This document shows positions 28,332-38,892 of a stretch of DNA of 55,912 nt, piece by piece (position 1 is the stretch's first letter; the number at the start of each line of letters is the position of its first letter). The notes below the pieces were generated by a model. It saw only the letters and a program-made list of their open reading frames with translations. It had not been told where the DNA came from and did not search any database. Made by a program: the position numbers and the translations under genes. The DNA is taken from NCBI GenBank assembly GCA_051747085.1, contig JBNJFS010000002.1:1-55912 (forward strand). Reading direction: 5' to 3'. This stretch comes from Bacteroidota bacterium (lineage in GTDB: Bacteria; Bacteroidota; Bacteroidia; Bacteroidales; UBA12077).

Positions 28332-29672
28332 TTAAATAGCAGAAGCTCCTCCGGCTCTACCTTTAATTCTTCCAGATTTTAATAACCCATCATAGTGTCG
28401 CATTAACAAATGACTTTCAATTTGTTGTAAAGTGTCTAACACAACCCCTACCAGGATTAATAATGATGTACCACCGTAAAATTGCGCCCATTGGCTATTT
28501 ACACCTCCTATTTGAGCAAAAGCAGGTAATATAGCAATAAGTGCTAAAAATATTGATCCTGGCAACGTAATACGAGACATAATCGTGTCGAGAAATTCAA
28601 CTGTTTTACGTCCCGGTTTAACACCAGGAATAAAGCCTCCATTCTTTTTCATATCTTCTGCCATTTGAGAGGGATTAATTGTAATGGCTGTATAAAAATA
28701 TGTAAACAGAATAATCATTATTGCAAAGGTAAAGTTATACCAGAAACCGGTAATATTAGAAAACGCAGCCGCAAAACCGGTTAAAGTTTCTGAATCTGCA
28801 AAACCTGCAACTGTTAAAGGTATAAACATTAATGCCTGTGCAAAAATGATTGGCATAACACCTGCAGAATTCACTTTTAAAGGTATATATTGTCTAACTC
28901 CACCATATTGCTTGTTACCAACAATTCTTTTTGCGTACTGGACAGGAATTTTCCTGGTCCCTTGTACCAATAAAATTGTGGCGATAAAGACAAAGAATAA
29001 TATAACCATCTCTAACAAGAAGGCTACCAGTCCTCCACCCTGTTCTTCTAGTCTGCTAACAAACTCGGCAAATAAAGCAAAAGGTAAATTAGCAATTATA
29101 CCAATCATAATGATAAGAGAAATACCATTCCCTATGCCTTTATCGGTTATTCTTTCACCAAGCCACATAATAAACATGGTACCTGAGGTAAGAATAACTA
29201 CCGATGAGAACCAGAAAAAGGTTCCTTTTAATACAAACGCTGATTCAGGAAGCTGTACTTGAAGATTTTTTAAGTAAGCAGGTGCCTGCATGATAAGAAT
29301 AGCTACGGTTAAATATCTGGTGATTTGATTTATTTTTCTTCGTCCGCTTTCGCCTTCACGCTGTAATCGTTGGAAGTAAGGAATTGCTATCCCTAACAAC
29401 TGAATCACAATAGATGCAGAAATATAAGGCATAATTCCTAATGCAAAAATGGATGCTCTGGAGAATGAACCTCCGGAAAACATATTTAATAATCCCATAA
29501 CACCATCGGAAGTTTGTTGCTTTAAAGCACTTAATTGTCCGGGGTCAATCCCGGGTAATACAATATAACTTCCTAATCGATATATTAATAAAATAAAAAT
29601 AGTATACCCAATACGGTATCTAAGATCTTCAATTTTAGCTATATTCTTTATGGTTTGTATTAAAGCTCTCAT
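28332..29672 (-). CDS. secY: Preprotein translocase subunit SecY
   Basis: 446-aa polytopic protein with 'GIMPYISASIVIQLL' and 'GGFIPGVKPGRKT'. Confidence 0.97.
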   Translation of the reverse strand: MRALIQTIKNIAKIEDLRYRIGYTIFILLIYRLGSYIVLPGIDPGQLSALKQQTSDGVMGLLNMFSGGSFSRASIFALGIMPYISASIVIQLLGIAIPYFQRLQREGESGRRKINQITRYLTVAILIMQAPAYLKNLQVQLPESAFVLKGTFFWFSSVVILTSGTMFIMWLGERITDKGIGNGISLIIMIGIIANLPFALFAEFVSRLEEQGGGLVAFLLEMVILFFVFIATILLVQGTRKIPVQYAKRIVGNKQYGGVRQYIPLKVNSAGVMPIIFAQALMFIPLTVAGFADSETLTGFAAAFSNITGFWYNFTFAIMIILFTYFYTAITINPSQMAEDMKKNGGFIPGVKPGRKTVEFLDTIMSRITLPGSIFLALIAILPAFAQIGGVNSQWAQFYGGTSLLILVGVVLDTLQQIESHLLMRHYDGLLKSGRIKGRAGGASAI

Positions 29673-29676
29673 TAAT

Positions 29677-30123
29677 TTATAATTTTACTACGGTTCCTTC
29701 AACTGATTCAATGGCTTTGATTGCAGATTTAGAAAAAGCATGTGCTTTTACTTCTATTTTTTTGGTTAATGTTCCATTTCCCAGAATTTTAACTAAACTG
29801 TTTTTCTTAACCAAACCTGCCTCTATCAATGTTTCGATATCAATTGTAGTTATTCCTTTTTTATCAGCTAATTTTTCTAAAGTTTCAATATTTATCCCTT
29901 TATATTCTTTACGAGATATATTATTAAAACCATATTTTGGTACACGGCGTTGTAAAGGCATTTGCCCTCCTTCAAAACCAATTTTTCTGGAATAACCAGA
30001 TCTTGATTTCTGACCTTTGTGTCCTCTTGTAGCAGTTCCTCCTTTACCTGAACCTTGGCCTCTTCCAACTCTTTTGTTATTTTTTGTTGAATTTTCTGCC
30101 GGTTTTAAATTATGTAATTCCAT
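29677..30123 (-). CDS. rplO: 50S ribosomal protein L15
   Basis: 'RVGRGQGSGKGGTATRGHKGQKSRSG', 'FEGGQMPLQRRVPK'. Confidence 0.97.
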   Translation of the reverse strand: MELHNLKPAENSTKNNKRVGRGQGSGKGGTATRGHKGQKSRSGYSRKIGFEGGQMPLQRRVPKYGFNNISRKEYKGINIETLEKLADKKGITTIDIETLIEAGLVKKNSLVKILGNGTLTKKIEVKAHAFSKSAIKAIESVEGTVVKL

Positions 30124-30150
30124 AGTATTACAATATAATATTATTCGTTA

Positions 30151-30330
30151 TTATTTTTTTTCAACCCTTAATAAATGGTTAACTTTATTTATCATTCCCA
30201 AAACTTGAGGAGTATCATTTACCTCAATAGGGTTGTTCATCTTTTTAATACCAAGTGCTTCCAAAGTATTTTTTTGGCGTTTAGTACTTCCAATCTGACT
30301 TTTAATTTGCGTAATTGTTATTTTTGCCAT
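30151..30330 (-). CDS. rpmD: 50S ribosomal protein L30
   Basis: Not in the ORF track (59 aa). Hand translation gives 'MAKITITQIKSQIGSTKRQKNTLEALGIKKMNNPIEVNDTPQVLGMINKVNHLLRVEKK' then a stop, in the expected slot between rpsE and rplO. Confidence 0.92.
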   Translation of the reverse strand: MAKITITQIKSQIGSTKRQKNTLEALGIKKMNNPIEVNDTPQVLGMINKVNHLLRVEKK

Positions 30331-30351
30331 AAGACATCGAATTAAAGATCA

Positions 30352-30867
30352 TTAACCATTAAAAACTTTATCAAGAGTAACTCCTCTTTGTTCAGCAACT
30401 GCTCTGGCATCGCGTAATTGAAGCAATGCATCGATGGTTGCTTTAACAAGATTATGGGGGTTACTTGAACCTTTTGATTTTGCAAGAACGTCAGTAACAC
30501 CAACACTTTCGAGTACTGCACGCATTGCACCACCGGCTTTTACTCCGGTACCGTGTGATGCGGGTTTTAAAAATACCTGTGCACCTCCAAAATGGCTTAA
30601 CTGCTCATGAGGAATGGTTCCTTTATAAATAGGTACTTTAACGAGATTTTTCTTTGCAGCTTCAACGCCCTTGGCAATAGCTGTAGTTACCTCTTTTGCT
30701 TTTCCTAAACCATAGCCTACAATACCATCTTCATTACCCACCACGACAATTGCAGTAAAACCAAAATTACGTCCACCTTTGGTTACTTTAGTTACTCTTT
30801 GTATGCTAACGAGTCTGTCTTTTAACTCTAAATCGCTGGTTTTTACTTTTCTTATACTTGTTGACAT
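30352..30867 (-). CDS. rpsE: 30S ribosomal protein S5
   Basis: '[26 protein letters not shown]'. Confidence 0.97.
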   Translation of the reverse strand: MSTSIRKVKTSDLELKDRLVSIQRVTKVTKGGRNFGFTAIVVVGNEDGIVGYGLGKAKEVTTAIAKGVEAAKKNLVKVPIYKGTIPHEQLSHFGGAQVFLKPASHGTGVKAGGAMRAVLESVGVTDVLAKSKGSSNPHNLVKATIDALLQLRDARAVAEQRGVTLDKVFNG

Positions 30868-30879
30868 AATATCTTAATC

Positions 30880-31239
30880 TTAAAATTTAAGTCCACCTTC
30901 TCTGGCAGCTTCTGCTAATGATTTCACTCTACCATGATATAAATAGCCGTTTCTATCGAAAACAACCTGAGTAATACCGGCTTCTTTTGCTCTCTTCGCA
31001 GCTAAATTACCTACTAATTTTGCTTGCTCTGTTTTTGAAACCGTTCCCTTTTCAGCAACTTCTTTATTTCTTGAGCATACTGCTAATAATGTTTTGTTAT
31101 CCAAATCATTAATAAACTGCACATATATTTGTTTATTACTTCTATAAACAGACATTCTTGGCATCTCAGCAGTACCTCTAATATGCTTTCGAATTCGCCA
31201 TTTTATTCTATATCTTCTCTCTTGCTTTGTTAAAGCCAT
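30880..31239 (-). CDS. rplR: 50S ribosomal protein L18
   Basis: '[15 protein letters not shown]', '[28 protein letters not shown]'. Confidence 0.97.
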   Translation of the reverse strand: MALTKQERRYRIKWRIRKHIRGTAEMPRMSVYRSNKQIYVQFINDLDNKTLLAVCSRNKEVAEKGTVSKTEQAKLVGNLAAKRAKEAGITQVVFDRNGYLYHGRVKSLAEAAREGGLKF

Positions 31240-31259
31240 GACTATGTTAATTTAAATCG

Positions 31260-31814
31260 TTATACACTAGCAGATTTACCGGCTTTTCTGCGTAATTGTT
31301 CGCCGACAAATTTAATACCTTTTCCTTTATATGGTTCTGGTGGTCTAAATGACCTGATTTTAGCAGCAACTTCACCAATAAGCTGTTTATTACAACTGGT
31401 TAATGTTATAATTGGGTTATTTCTTCGTTCCTGCTTAGCTTCTACTTGTATTTCTTCAGGTATCTGAAAATGAATATCATGTGAATAACCAAGATTTAGT
31501 TCAAGAATTTGTCCTTTCGCTTCGGCACGATAACCTACACCTACTAATTCTTGTTTAATTGTATATCCTTCCGATACACCAATAACCATGTTGTTGATTA
31601 ATGAACGATACAAACCATGCAATGATTTATGTCTTTTTTCTTCGCCTAATCGTTTTAGCTCAACTTGATCATCTTTTACTTCAACTTGAATATCTTGATC
31701 CACCTTTTGTGTTAATTCACCTTTTGGTCCTTTCACCAACACCTCATTTGAATCATTTACAGTTATTGTAACGCCTCCGGGTATTTTAACGGGTAATATT
31801 CCAATTCGTGACAT
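31260..31814 (-). CDS. rplF: 50S ribosomal protein L6
   Basis: 'MSRIGILPVKIPGGV', 'LVGVGYRA', 'PEPYKGKGIKF'. Confidence 0.97.
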   Translation of the reverse strand: MSRIGILPVKIPGGVTITVNDSNEVLVKGPKGELTQKVDQDIQVEVKDDQVELKRLGEEKRHKSLHGLYRSLINNMVIGVSEGYTIKQELVGVGYRAEAKGQILELNLGYSHDIHFQIPEEIQVEAKQERRNNPIITLTSCNKQLIGEVAAKIRSFRPPEPYKGKGIKFVGEQLRRKAGKSASV

Positions 31815-31830
31815 TTAAATATCCTCCTTT

Positions 31831-32229
31831 TTAATGTACATAACATAAAACTTCACCACCTACATTCAATGTGCGTGCTTCTTTATCTGAGATAACACCT
31901 TTTGATGTAGATAAAATAGCCACACCTAATCCATTAAGTACCCTTGGAATTTCGTCGGCTCCAACATATTTTCTCAATCCGGGTTTACTTGCCCTGATAA
32001 TTGATCGAATCGCAGGAGCTTTGGTTTCCGGGTGATATTTTAATGCTATTTTAATAATTCCTTGTTTATTGTCGTCTTCAAACTTATAGGATAAGATATA
32101 TCCTTTATCAAATAATATTTTAGTAATATCCTTTTTTTGGTTTGAAGCAGGAATTTCTACTACTCTATGACCTGCCATCACGGCATTTCTAATTTGAGTA
32201 AGATAATCTGCTATAGGATCTGTGATCAT
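31831..32229 (-). CDS. rpsH: 30S ribosomal protein S8
   Basis: '[14 protein letters not shown]', 'GGEVLCYV'. Confidence 0.97.
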   Translation of the reverse strand: MITDPIADYLTQIRNAVMAGHRVVEIPASNQKKDITKILFDKGYILSYKFEDDNKQGIIKIALKYHPETKAPAIRSIIRASKPGLRKYVGADEIPRVLNGLGVAILSTSKGVISDKEARTLNVGGEVLCYVH

Positions 32230-32254
32230 ATCTCTTCTTTATTTTAATTACAAT

Positions 32255-32524
32255 CTACCAACTTGCCTTCTTTACTCCGGGTATCAAACCTTTTGATGCC
32301 ATTTCTCTAAAGGTAATTCTGCTAATACCAAATTGTCGCATATACCCTTTTGGTCGTCCGGTAATTAAGCATCTGTTATGCAACCGGATAGGGTTAGAGT
32401 TCTTCGGTAATCTGCTTAATCCAACATAATCACCTTCAGCTTTAAGTTTTGCTCTTTTTTCAGCATACTTTTCAACCAATTTTTGTCGCCTTCTTTCTCG
32501 GGCTTTCATTGATTCTTTAGCCAT
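32255..32524 (-). CDS. rpsN: 30S ribosomal protein S14
   Basis: '[24 protein letters not shown]', ending in 'ASW'. Confidence 0.96.
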   Translation of the reverse strand: MAKESMKARERRRQKLVEKYAEKRAKLKAEGDYVGLSRLPKNSNPIRLHNRCLITGRPKGYMRQFGISRITFREMASKGLIPGVKKASW

Positions 32525-32529
32525 ACTAT

Positions 32530-33087
32530 CTATTTCTTTTTAATATTTTTAAATGGTATTCCAAATTCTCGTAACAGGGCTAATCCTTCTTCGTCGGTTT
32601 TAGCCGTTGTAACAAATGTAATTTCCAGACCTAAAATTTTATTGATTTTATCAAGATCAATTTCGGGGAAAATAATCTGTTCCTGGATACCTAACGTATA
32701 GTTTCCGCGTCCGTCGAACTTAGAACTAACACCGTTGAAATCTCGAATCCGGGGCAGAGAAATGGCGATTAATCTTTCCATAAACTCATACATTTTATCT
32801 CTGCGCAGTGTTACTTTCACACCAATAGGCATTCCTCTACGTAACTTAAAGTTAGAGATATCTTTCTTAGAGTATGTTTTAACCGCTTTTTGTCCTGCGA
32901 TAAGGGTTAATTCTTCCTGTGCAGTTTCGATCATTTTTTTATCAGCAACTGCCTGACCTACACCCTGGTTTAGCGTAATCTTAACCAGCCTGGGAACTTC
33001 CATAATGGTTTTATATTTAAATTCCTTGGTTAGAGCTGGTATAATCTCTTTTCTGTACTTTTCTCTTAATAAAGGCGTATATTCCAT
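32530..33087 (-). CDS. rplE: 50S ribosomal protein L5
   Basis: '[16 protein letters not shown]', '[18 protein letters not shown]'. Confidence 0.97.
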   Translation of the reverse strand: MEYTPLLREKYRKEIIPALTKEFKYKTIMEVPRLVKITLNQGVGQAVADKKMIETAQEELTLIAGQKAVKTYSKKDISNFKLRRGMPIGVKVTLRRDKMYEFMERLIAISLPRIRDFNGVSSKFDGRGNYTLGIQEQIIFPEIDLDKINKILGLEITFVTTAKTDEEGLALLREFGIPFKNIKKK

Positions 33088-33413
33088 TACTTAATCTCCT
33101 CCCCTGATTTTTTTGAATATCGCACTAATTTATTTTCTTCATTTAATTTTCTACCAATTCTGGTTGGTTCTCCAGTTGATGGGTCAACAACCATAAGGTT
33201 AGAAATATGAATTGGTGCTTCTTTTTTTACGATTCCACCTTGTGGATTATTTGCATTAGGCTTTGTGTGCTTAGAAACCATGTTCACACCCTCAACAATA
33301 GCTTTTTCTTTGTCGTAAATTACTTCAAGTACTTTGCCTTGTTGTCCTTTATATTCACCTGCATTTACGTAAACCGTATCGCCTTTTTTTATGTGTAATT
33401 TCTTCCTTTGCAT
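33087..33413 (-). CDS. rplX: 50S ribosomal protein L24
   Basis: '[22 protein letters not shown]'. The stop overlaps the rplE start by 1 nt. Confidence 0.96.
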   Translation of the reverse strand: MQRKKLHIKKGDTVYVNAGEYKGQQGKVLEVIYDKEKAIVEGVNMVSKHTKPNANNPQGGIVKKEAPIHISNLMVVDPSTGEPTRIGRKLNEENKLVRYSKKSGEEIK

Positions 33414-33430
33414 GCAGCAATGATTTTAAA

Positions 33431-33796
33431 TTATAATACTTCTGGAGCTAATGAGATAATCTTCATATAATTTTCACGTAACTCTCTTGGTATTGGACCA
33501 AAGATACGTGTACCACGAATTTCATCTACATTATTTAACAATACAACAGCATTGTTATCAAAACGAATATAAGAACCATCGGGTCTTCTAACTTCTTTCC
33601 GGGTTCTAACGACAACAGCTTTTGATACTGTTCCTTTTTTTATTTCACCTGATGGTAAAGCACTTTTAACAGTTACTACAATCTGATCGCCAATAGAAGC
33701 ATATCGTTTACCTGTTCCTCCTAAAACGCGAACACATAACACTTCTTTGGCTCCACTGTTGTCAGCAACTGTTAGTCTACTTTCTTGTTGTATCAT
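33431..33796 (-). CDS. rplN: 50S ribosomal protein L14
   Basis: '[27 protein letters not shown]'. Confidence 0.97.
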   Translation of the reverse strand: MIQQESRLTVADNSGAKEVLCVRVLGGTGKRYASIGDQIVVTVKSALPSGEIKKGTVSKAVVVRTRKEVRRPDGSYIRFDNNAVVLLNNVDEIRGTRIFGPIPRELRENYMKIISLAPEVL

Positions 33797-33798
33797 GA

Positions 33799-34059
33799 CT
33801 ATTTAACTCTTTCAATAATTTCTACTAATCTCCAACATTTATTTTTGCTTAAAGGCCTTGTTTCCATAATTCTAACAGTATCGCCTATATTGCAAGTGTT
33901 TTCTTCATCATGTGCAGTAAATTTATTTCTGCTTTTAATGAATTTGCCGTACTTTGGATGTTTTACTTTTCGTTCTACTGCAATAACAATGGTTTTGTCC
34001 ATTTTATTGCTAACAACAACACCAATACGTTCTTTTCTTAGTTTTCTTGTTGTTTCCAT
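33799..34059 (-). CDS. rpsQ: 30S ribosomal protein S17
   Basis: '[27 protein letters not shown]'. Confidence 0.96.
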   Translation of the reverse strand: METTRKLRKERIGVVVSNKMDKTIVIAVERKVKHPKYGKFIKSRNKFTAHDEENTCNIGDTVRIMETRPLSKNKCWRLVEIIERVK

Positions 34060-34068
34060 TGTTACAAA

Positions 34069-34275
34069 TTAACTATTCGAACTTTCATTGATTTCTCTTT
34101 TACGCAACTCAGTCATTAATCTTGCAATATTCTTGCGTGTTTGCTTTATCTTCAAAGGATTGTCTAAAGGAGACACGGCATGATTAAGCTTTAGACGAGT
34201 AAGCATCGTATTTTCTGTATCGATTCTTTCCTCAATCTCCTTTGTTGTTAATTCTCTAATTTCAGAATTCTTCAT
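34069..34275 (-). CDS. rpmC: 50S ribosomal protein L29
   Basis: 68 aa, 'IRELTTKEIEERI', in the conserved position between rplP and rpsQ. Confidence 0.93.
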   Translation of the reverse strand: MKNSEIRELTTKEIEERIDTENTMLTRLKLNHAVSPLDNPLKIKQTRKNIARLMTELRKREINESSNS

Positions 34276-34281
34276 TTCTCA

Positions 34282-34710
34282 CTAATTTATGTTTTCAACA
34301 TAATCACGTCTAACAACGAATTTCGTTGGGATTGGTAACTTTTGAGCCGCAAGACGTAATGCCTCCTGAGCTACTTTAAAAGATACACCTTCGGCTTCGA
34401 TTAATATTCGTCCTGGTTTTACAGGTGCAACAAAGCCTTCTGGTGCTCCACGTCCTTTACCCATACGCACTTCAGCTGGTTTCTTAGTGATTGGTTTATC
34501 CGGAAAAATACGTATCCAGATTTGCCCTTCACGTTTCATATAACGAGTCACTGCTTGTCGAGCGGCCTCAATTTGTCGTCCTGTAATCCAGCACTCCTCC
34601 AGGGCTTTGATTCCAAAAGAACCAAAAGCCAATTGATTTCCTCGTTGGGCATTCCCTTTCATTTTGCCCTTCTGGACTCTTCTGTATTTCGTTTTCTTTG
34701 GCTGTAACAT
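34282..34710 (-). CDS. rplP: 50S ribosomal protein L16
   Basis: '[19 protein letters not shown]', '[10 protein letters not shown]'. Confidence 0.97.
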   Translation of the reverse strand: MLQPKKTKYRRVQKGKMKGNAQRGNQLAFGSFGIKALEECWITGRQIEAARQAVTRYMKREGQIWIRIFPDKPITKKPAEVRMGKGRGAPEGFVAPVKPGRILIEAEGVSFKVAQEALRLAAQKLPIPTKFVVRRDYVENIN

Positions 34711-34734
34711 TCCAATAATAATTTAAATTATTGT

Positions 34735-35439
34735 TTATTTTCTTTTTTTCTTGAAGCCACCTTTTGATGGTTTTTGGTTTTTAGATGCACCAATATTCGG
34801 TGAAAGATCTCTTTTACCAAAAATCTCACCTCTGCAGATCCAAACTTTAATACCAATTAAACCAACCTTTGTAAGGGCTTCACTCAATGTATAATCAATA
34901 TCGGCACGGAATGTATGCAATGGCGTACGTCCTTCTTTATAAACTTCTGTTCGCGCCATTTCTGCACCACCCAAACGTCCTGATATCTGAACTTTAATTC
35001 CCTCTGCGCCCATTCGCATGGTAGATGCAATTGCCATTTTAATAGCTCTACGGAACGAAACTTTACCTTCGATCTGTCTTGCAATTGCGTTGCCAACGAT
35101 AGTAGCATCTAGTTCCGGTCTTTTAACTTCAAAGATGTTAATTTGAACCTCTTTTCGGGTAATCTTTTTTAACTCTTCTTTAAGTTTATCTACTTCCTGG
35201 CCACCTTTACCAATTATAATTCCCGGGCGAGCGGTATTAACAGTAACGGTTATTAATTTTAAAGTTCTTTCAATAACAATCTTAGATATACTTGCTTTAG
35301 CTAATCGAGCTTCAAGATATTTTCTAATCTTATTATCCTCAACCAGCTTGTCAGCATAGTTTTTTCCACCGTACCAATTAGAGTCCCATCCTTTAATGAT
35401 TCCCAATCGATTTCCTATCGGATTAACTTTTTGTCCCAT
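34735..35439 (-). CDS. rpsC: 30S ribosomal protein S3
   Basis: '[14 protein letters not shown]', '[12 protein letters not shown]'. Confidence 0.97.
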   Translation of the reverse strand: MGQKVNPIGNRLGIIKGWDSNWYGGKNYADKLVEDNKIRKYLEARLAKASISKIVIERTLKLITVTVNTARPGIIIGKGGQEVDKLKEELKKITRKEVQINIFEVKRPELDATIVGNAIARQIEGKVSFRRAIKMAIASTMRMGAEGIKVQISGRLGGAEMARTEVYKEGRTPLHTFRADIDYTLSEALTKVGLIGIKVWICRGEIFGKRDLSPNIGASKNQKPSKGGFKKKRK

Positions 35440-35859
35440 CTATTGTTCTGTTTGAGTATCGTTGTTATTTAAATTATCTAGCACTAATGTTACGTGATTA
35501 GATCTTTTTCTAATTCGATGTGCTCTTCCTTGAGGAGCGGGTTGTATTCTTTTTAAAGTTCTACCTCCATCAACAAAGATTTCTTTCACGATTAATTTGC
35601 TATCTTCAATTCGAACACCTTCGTTTTTTTCCTGCCAGTTAGCAATAGCTGACAAAAGTAATTTCTCCAAACGATTTGAGGCTTCTTTCGAACTATATTT
35701 CAATACATCAAGAGCTTTATTTACTTCCATTCCTCTAACCATATCGGCTACTAATCGCATTTTTCGTGGCGATGTAGGACAATTTCTAAGTTTAGCAAAA
35801 TATTGATTCTTTTTGCTTTCTTTTATTTTATTCGCTCTTATTCTTTTTCTTGCACCCAT
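35440..35859 (-). CDS. rplV: 50S ribosomal protein L22
   Basis: '[14 protein letters not shown]', '[17 protein letters not shown]'. Confidence 0.96.
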   Translation of the reverse strand: MGARKRIRANKIKESKKNQYFAKLRNCPTSPRKMRLVADMVRGMEVNKALDVLKYSSKEASNRLEKLLLSAIANWQEKNEGVRIEDSKLIVKEIFVDGGRTLKRIQPAPQGRAHRIRKRSNHVTLVLDNLNNNDTQTEQ

Positions 35860-35895
35860 TATTATCTAATATTTTAAAATAATACTATCGTAGGT

Positions 35896-36162
35896 TTATT
35901 TTCTATTCCCGGCATGACCTCTAAAAACTCTGGTTGGAGCAAATTCACCTAATTTATGTCCTACCATATTTTCTGTAATATATACCGGGATAAATTTATT
36001 TCCATTGTGAACTGCAATAGTATGCCCAACAAAATCTGGAGAAATCATCGACCTGCGTGACCAGGTTTTAACTACAGATTTTTTTCCTGATTCGTTTAAT
36101 TCAAGAACTCTTTTCTCAAGTTTAAAATCAATAAATGGGCCTTTTTTCAATGATCGACTCAT
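35896..36162 (-). CDS. rpsS: 30S ribosomal protein S19
   Basis: '[12 protein letters not shown]', '[28 protein letters not shown]'. Confidence 0.97.
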   Translation of the reverse strand: MSRSLKKGPFIDFKLEKRVLELNESGKKSVVKTWSRRSMISPDFVGHTIAVHNGNKFIPVYITENMVGHKLGEFAPTRVFRGHAGNRK

Positions 36163-36173
36163 AGCAATCTTTT

Positions 36174-36998
36174 TTATTTCTTACGTTTTTCAACAATATA
36201 CTTATTCGACGCCTTTTTGGGGGCTCTTGTTTTGTAACCTTTGGCTGGCAACCCTTTTCTTGATCTGGGATGACCACCTGAGGCTCTTCCTTCACCACCA
36301 CCCATTGGATGATCTACCGGATTCATTACAACACCCCGTACTCTTGGTCTTCTGCCTAACCATCTTTTTCGTCCGGCTTTACCTGATATTTCAAGGCTGT
36401 GGTCGGCATTCGAAACGGTCCCAATAGTAGCACGACAGGTTGTTAATATCATCCTTGATTCTCCAGAGGGTAATTTAACAATAGCATACTTGCCATCACG
36501 AGAGGTTAATTGTGCATATGACCCGGCACTGCGAGCTAATGCTCCTCCTTTACCTGGATGTAATTCTATATTATGAATGATAGTACCCAATGGTATATTT
36601 GAAAGGAACAACGTATTTCCTACTTCCGGGGCAACTCCTTCTCCAGATTTTATTTTTTGTCCTACTTTCAAACCATTAGGAGCGATGATATATTTTTTAT
36701 CACCATCTTCATATACAACTAAAGCAATTCTTGCGGTTCGGTTTGGATCGTATTCGATACTTTTAACCGTTGCTTCCATTCCATCTTTGTTACGAAGAAA
36801 ATCAATGATACGATATCTTTGCTTATGTCCACCGCCAAGATATCTCATGGTCATTTTTCCATCATTATTTCTTCCACCTGATTTTTTCAGTGGTGCTAAC
36901 AAAGATTTTTCCGGTGTACTTTTGGTTACGATATCAAAAGCACCGATAATTTTATGTCTTTGTCCTGGTGTTACAGGTTTTAATTTTCTTACTGCCAT
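36174..36998 (-). CDS. rplB: 50S ribosomal protein L2
   Basis: '[13 protein letters not shown]', '[19 protein letters not shown]'. Confidence 0.97.
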   Translation of the reverse strand: MAVRKLKPVTPGQRHKIIGAFDIVTKSTPEKSLLAPLKKSGGRNNDGKMTMRYLGGGHKQRYRIIDFLRNKDGMEATVKSIEYDPNRTARIALVVYEDGDKKYIIAPNGLKVGQKIKSGEGVAPEVGNTLFLSNIPLGTIIHNIELHPGKGGALARSAGSYAQLTSRDGKYAIVKLPSGESRMILTTCRATIGTVSNADHSLEISGKAGRKRWLGRRPRVRGVVMNPVDHPMGGGEGRASGGHPRSRKGLPAKGYKTRAPKKASNKYIVEKRKK

Positions 36999-37003
36999 AT
37001 TAA

Positions 37004-37294
37004 TTAAATATTGCTATAAAAATCTATTTTTTCTCCTTCAACTAATGTAACAATCGCTTTCTTAAAAGATTTTGATCGTCCTTGAATGATTCCCGACTTT
37101 GTGTAACGGGATTTTTCCTTACCCAGATAACGCATAGTATTTACAGCCTCAACTGACACACCATACATATCCTCTACAGCATTTTTAATCTGTACCTTAT
37201 TTGCTCTTTTATCCACAATAAAACCGTATCTGTTCAGGTCTTCACCCTGCTCAGTCATTTTCTCGGTTACTATTGGTTTTAACAAAATATCCAT
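37004..37294 (-). CDS. rplW: 50S ribosomal protein L23
   Basis: 96 aa, 'KPIVTEKMT', 'KKAIVTL', in the conserved position. Confidence 0.95.
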   Translation of the reverse strand: MDILLKPIVTEKMTEQGEDLNRYGFIVDKRANKVQIKNAVEDMYGVSVEAVNTMRYLGKEKSRYTKSGIIQGRSKSFKKAIVTLVEGEKIDFYSNI

Positions 37295-37308
37295 TGTTAT
37301 AATTTTTT

Positions 37309-37938
37309 CTAAATTCTAAACATTTTATGCAATGGCTCAATTGAGTTCTCTACAAAGAGTACAACTGATGCATTTACTATATCGTAAGTATTTATATCTG
37401 AGACATTTACAACTTTGACATCCTGTAAATTTCTGGATGACAAATATATGTTTTTATTTTGTTCAGATAAAACTAAAAGTACTTTTTTATCAGCTACTCC
37501 TAAATTATTTCTAAGATTAACAAGTTCTTTGGTTTTAGGAACTTCAAAGTTAAAGTTTTCTAATACTTTAATATTGTCATTGTTTGCTTTATAACTTAAA
37601 GCTGATTTACGAGCTAACTGCTTAACTTTTTTATTAAGTTTAAAGGAATAATCTCGGGGTTTTGGACCAAAAGCTCTTCCTCCACCTCTGAATATGGGAG
37701 ATTTAATATTCCCGGCTCGTGCAGTTCCAGTACCTTTTTGTCTCTTAATCTTTTTTGTACTACCGGCAATCTCATTTCTTTCCTTGGATTTATGAGTACC
37801 CTGACGTTTATTGGCCAAATATTGTTTAACATCTAAATAGATGGCATGATCGTTTGGTTCGATTTTAAAAATCGAATCATTAAGGGTAACTTTTTTACCG
37901 GTATCTTCGCCTGTTATATTAACTATAAATAATTCCAT
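37309..37938 (-). CDS. rplD: 50S ribosomal protein L4
   Basis: '[32 protein letters not shown]'. Confidence 0.97.
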   Translation of the reverse strand: MELFIVNITGEDTGKKVTLNDSIFKIEPNDHAIYLDVKQYLANKRQGTHKSKERNEIAGSTKKIKRQKGTGTARAGNIKSPIFRGGGRAFGPKPRDYSFKLNKKVKQLARKSALSYKANNDNIKVLENFNFEVPKTKELVNLRNNLGVADKKVLLVLSEQNKNIYLSSRNLQDVKVVNVSDINTYDIVNASVVLFVENSIEPLHKMFRI

Positions 37939-38555
37939 TACTTTTGAATAATTAAATATGATCCATTTGCACCAGGAACTGATCCCTTAACAACTAATAA
38001 ATTATTCTCCTTGATAACCTTAACTACTTTAAGGTTTATCATTTTCACTTTTTTATTACCCGTTTGTCCGGCCATTCTCATTCCTTTAAAAACTCTTGAA
38101 GGATATGAAGAAGCACCTAATGACCCGGGAGCCCTGAGTCGGTTGTGCTGTCCGTGTGTTTGTCCTCCAACACCATGAAATCCATAACGTTTAACAACAC
38201 CTTGAAAACCTTTTCCCTTTGAAAAACCAGTTACATCAACCCACATATCTTCATCAAATATGTCGATGGTAACATCTTCGCCAATTTTATAATCATTAGC
38301 AAAATTTTTAAACTCGTGCAAAACTCGCTTAGGAGTTTGCTTTGCTTTTTTAAAATGGCCCATTAAAGGTTTTGGGGTATTCTTTTCCTTTTTTTCATCA
38401 AAAGCCAATTGGTAAGCAAGATATCCGTCATTTTCAACGGTCTTAACCTGCGTTACCACACATGGCCCGGCCTCAATAACAGTGCATGGAATATTTTTTC
38501 CCTCGGCACTGAAGATGGAAGTCATTCCAATCTTTTTTCCAATTAATCCTGGCAT
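37938..38555 (-). CDS. rplC: 50S ribosomal protein L3
   Basis: '[15 protein letters not shown]', '[13 protein letters not shown]'. Confidence 0.97.
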   Translation of the reverse strand: MPGLIGKKIGMTSIFSAEGKNIPCTVIEAGPCVVTQVKTVENDGYLAYQLAFDEKKEKNTPKPLMGHFKKAKQTPKRVLHEFKNFANDYKIGEDVTIDIFDEDMWVDVTGFSKGKGFQGVVKRYGFHGVGGQTHGQHNRLRAPGSLGASSYPSRVFKGMRMAGQTGNKKVKMINLKVVKVIKENNLLVVKGSVPGANGSYLIIQK

Positions 38556-38575
38556 CGCTTTCCTTTTTTACTTTA

Positions 38576-38881
38576 TTATACTTTAATTTCAACTTCAACT
38601 CCACTGGGTAATTCAAGTTTCATCAACGCATCAATCGTTTTTGGTGTTGAACTGTAAATATCCAACAAACGCTTGTAAGATGATAACTGAAACTGTTCTC
38701 TCGATTTTTTATTTACAAACGGAGAACGTAATACTGTAAACACTCTTTTATGAGTAGGTAGTGGAATTGGACCACTAACAACAGCACCAGTTGATTTTAC
38801 TGTTTTAACGATCTTTTCGGCAGATTTATCTACCAGATTATGATCGTATGATTTTAATTTAATTCTGATCTTTTGGCTCAT
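38576..38881 (-). CDS. rpsJ: 30S ribosomal protein S10
   Basis: '[15 protein letters not shown]', 'GPIPLPT'. Confidence 0.97.
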   Translation of the reverse strand: MSQKIRIKLKSYDHNLVDKSAEKIVKTVKSTGAVVSGPIPLPTHKRVFTVLRSPFVNKKSREQFQLSSYKRLLDIYSSTPKTIDALMKLELPSGVEVEIKV

Positions 38882-38892
38882 TCTTATCCAAA

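Noticed and set aside
28846-29262. 138-aa plus-strand ORF inside secY.
   Set aside because: It is antisense to a conserved polytopic membrane protein gene. It has no start context and no domain, and its composition mirrors the opposite strand.
33087-33087. One-nucleotide overlaps (TAATG) at rplX/rplE (33087) and rplC/rplD (37938); checked for frameshifts or fusions.
   Set aside because: These are ordinary stop/start overlaps giving translational coupling. Both partners have full-length, in-frame family-typical sequences.
36577-37050. 157-aa plus-strand ORF overlapping rplB and rplW.
   Set aside because: It is antisense to two unmistakable, highly conserved ribosomal protein genes. Its translation is low-complexity (F/L/P/S-rich), as expected from the reverse frame of a Lys/Gly/Arg-rich gene. 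The same reasoning applies to the other plus-strand ORFs inside the ribosomal cluster, such as 24578..24934, 25349..25600, 29711..29995 and 40741..41043.
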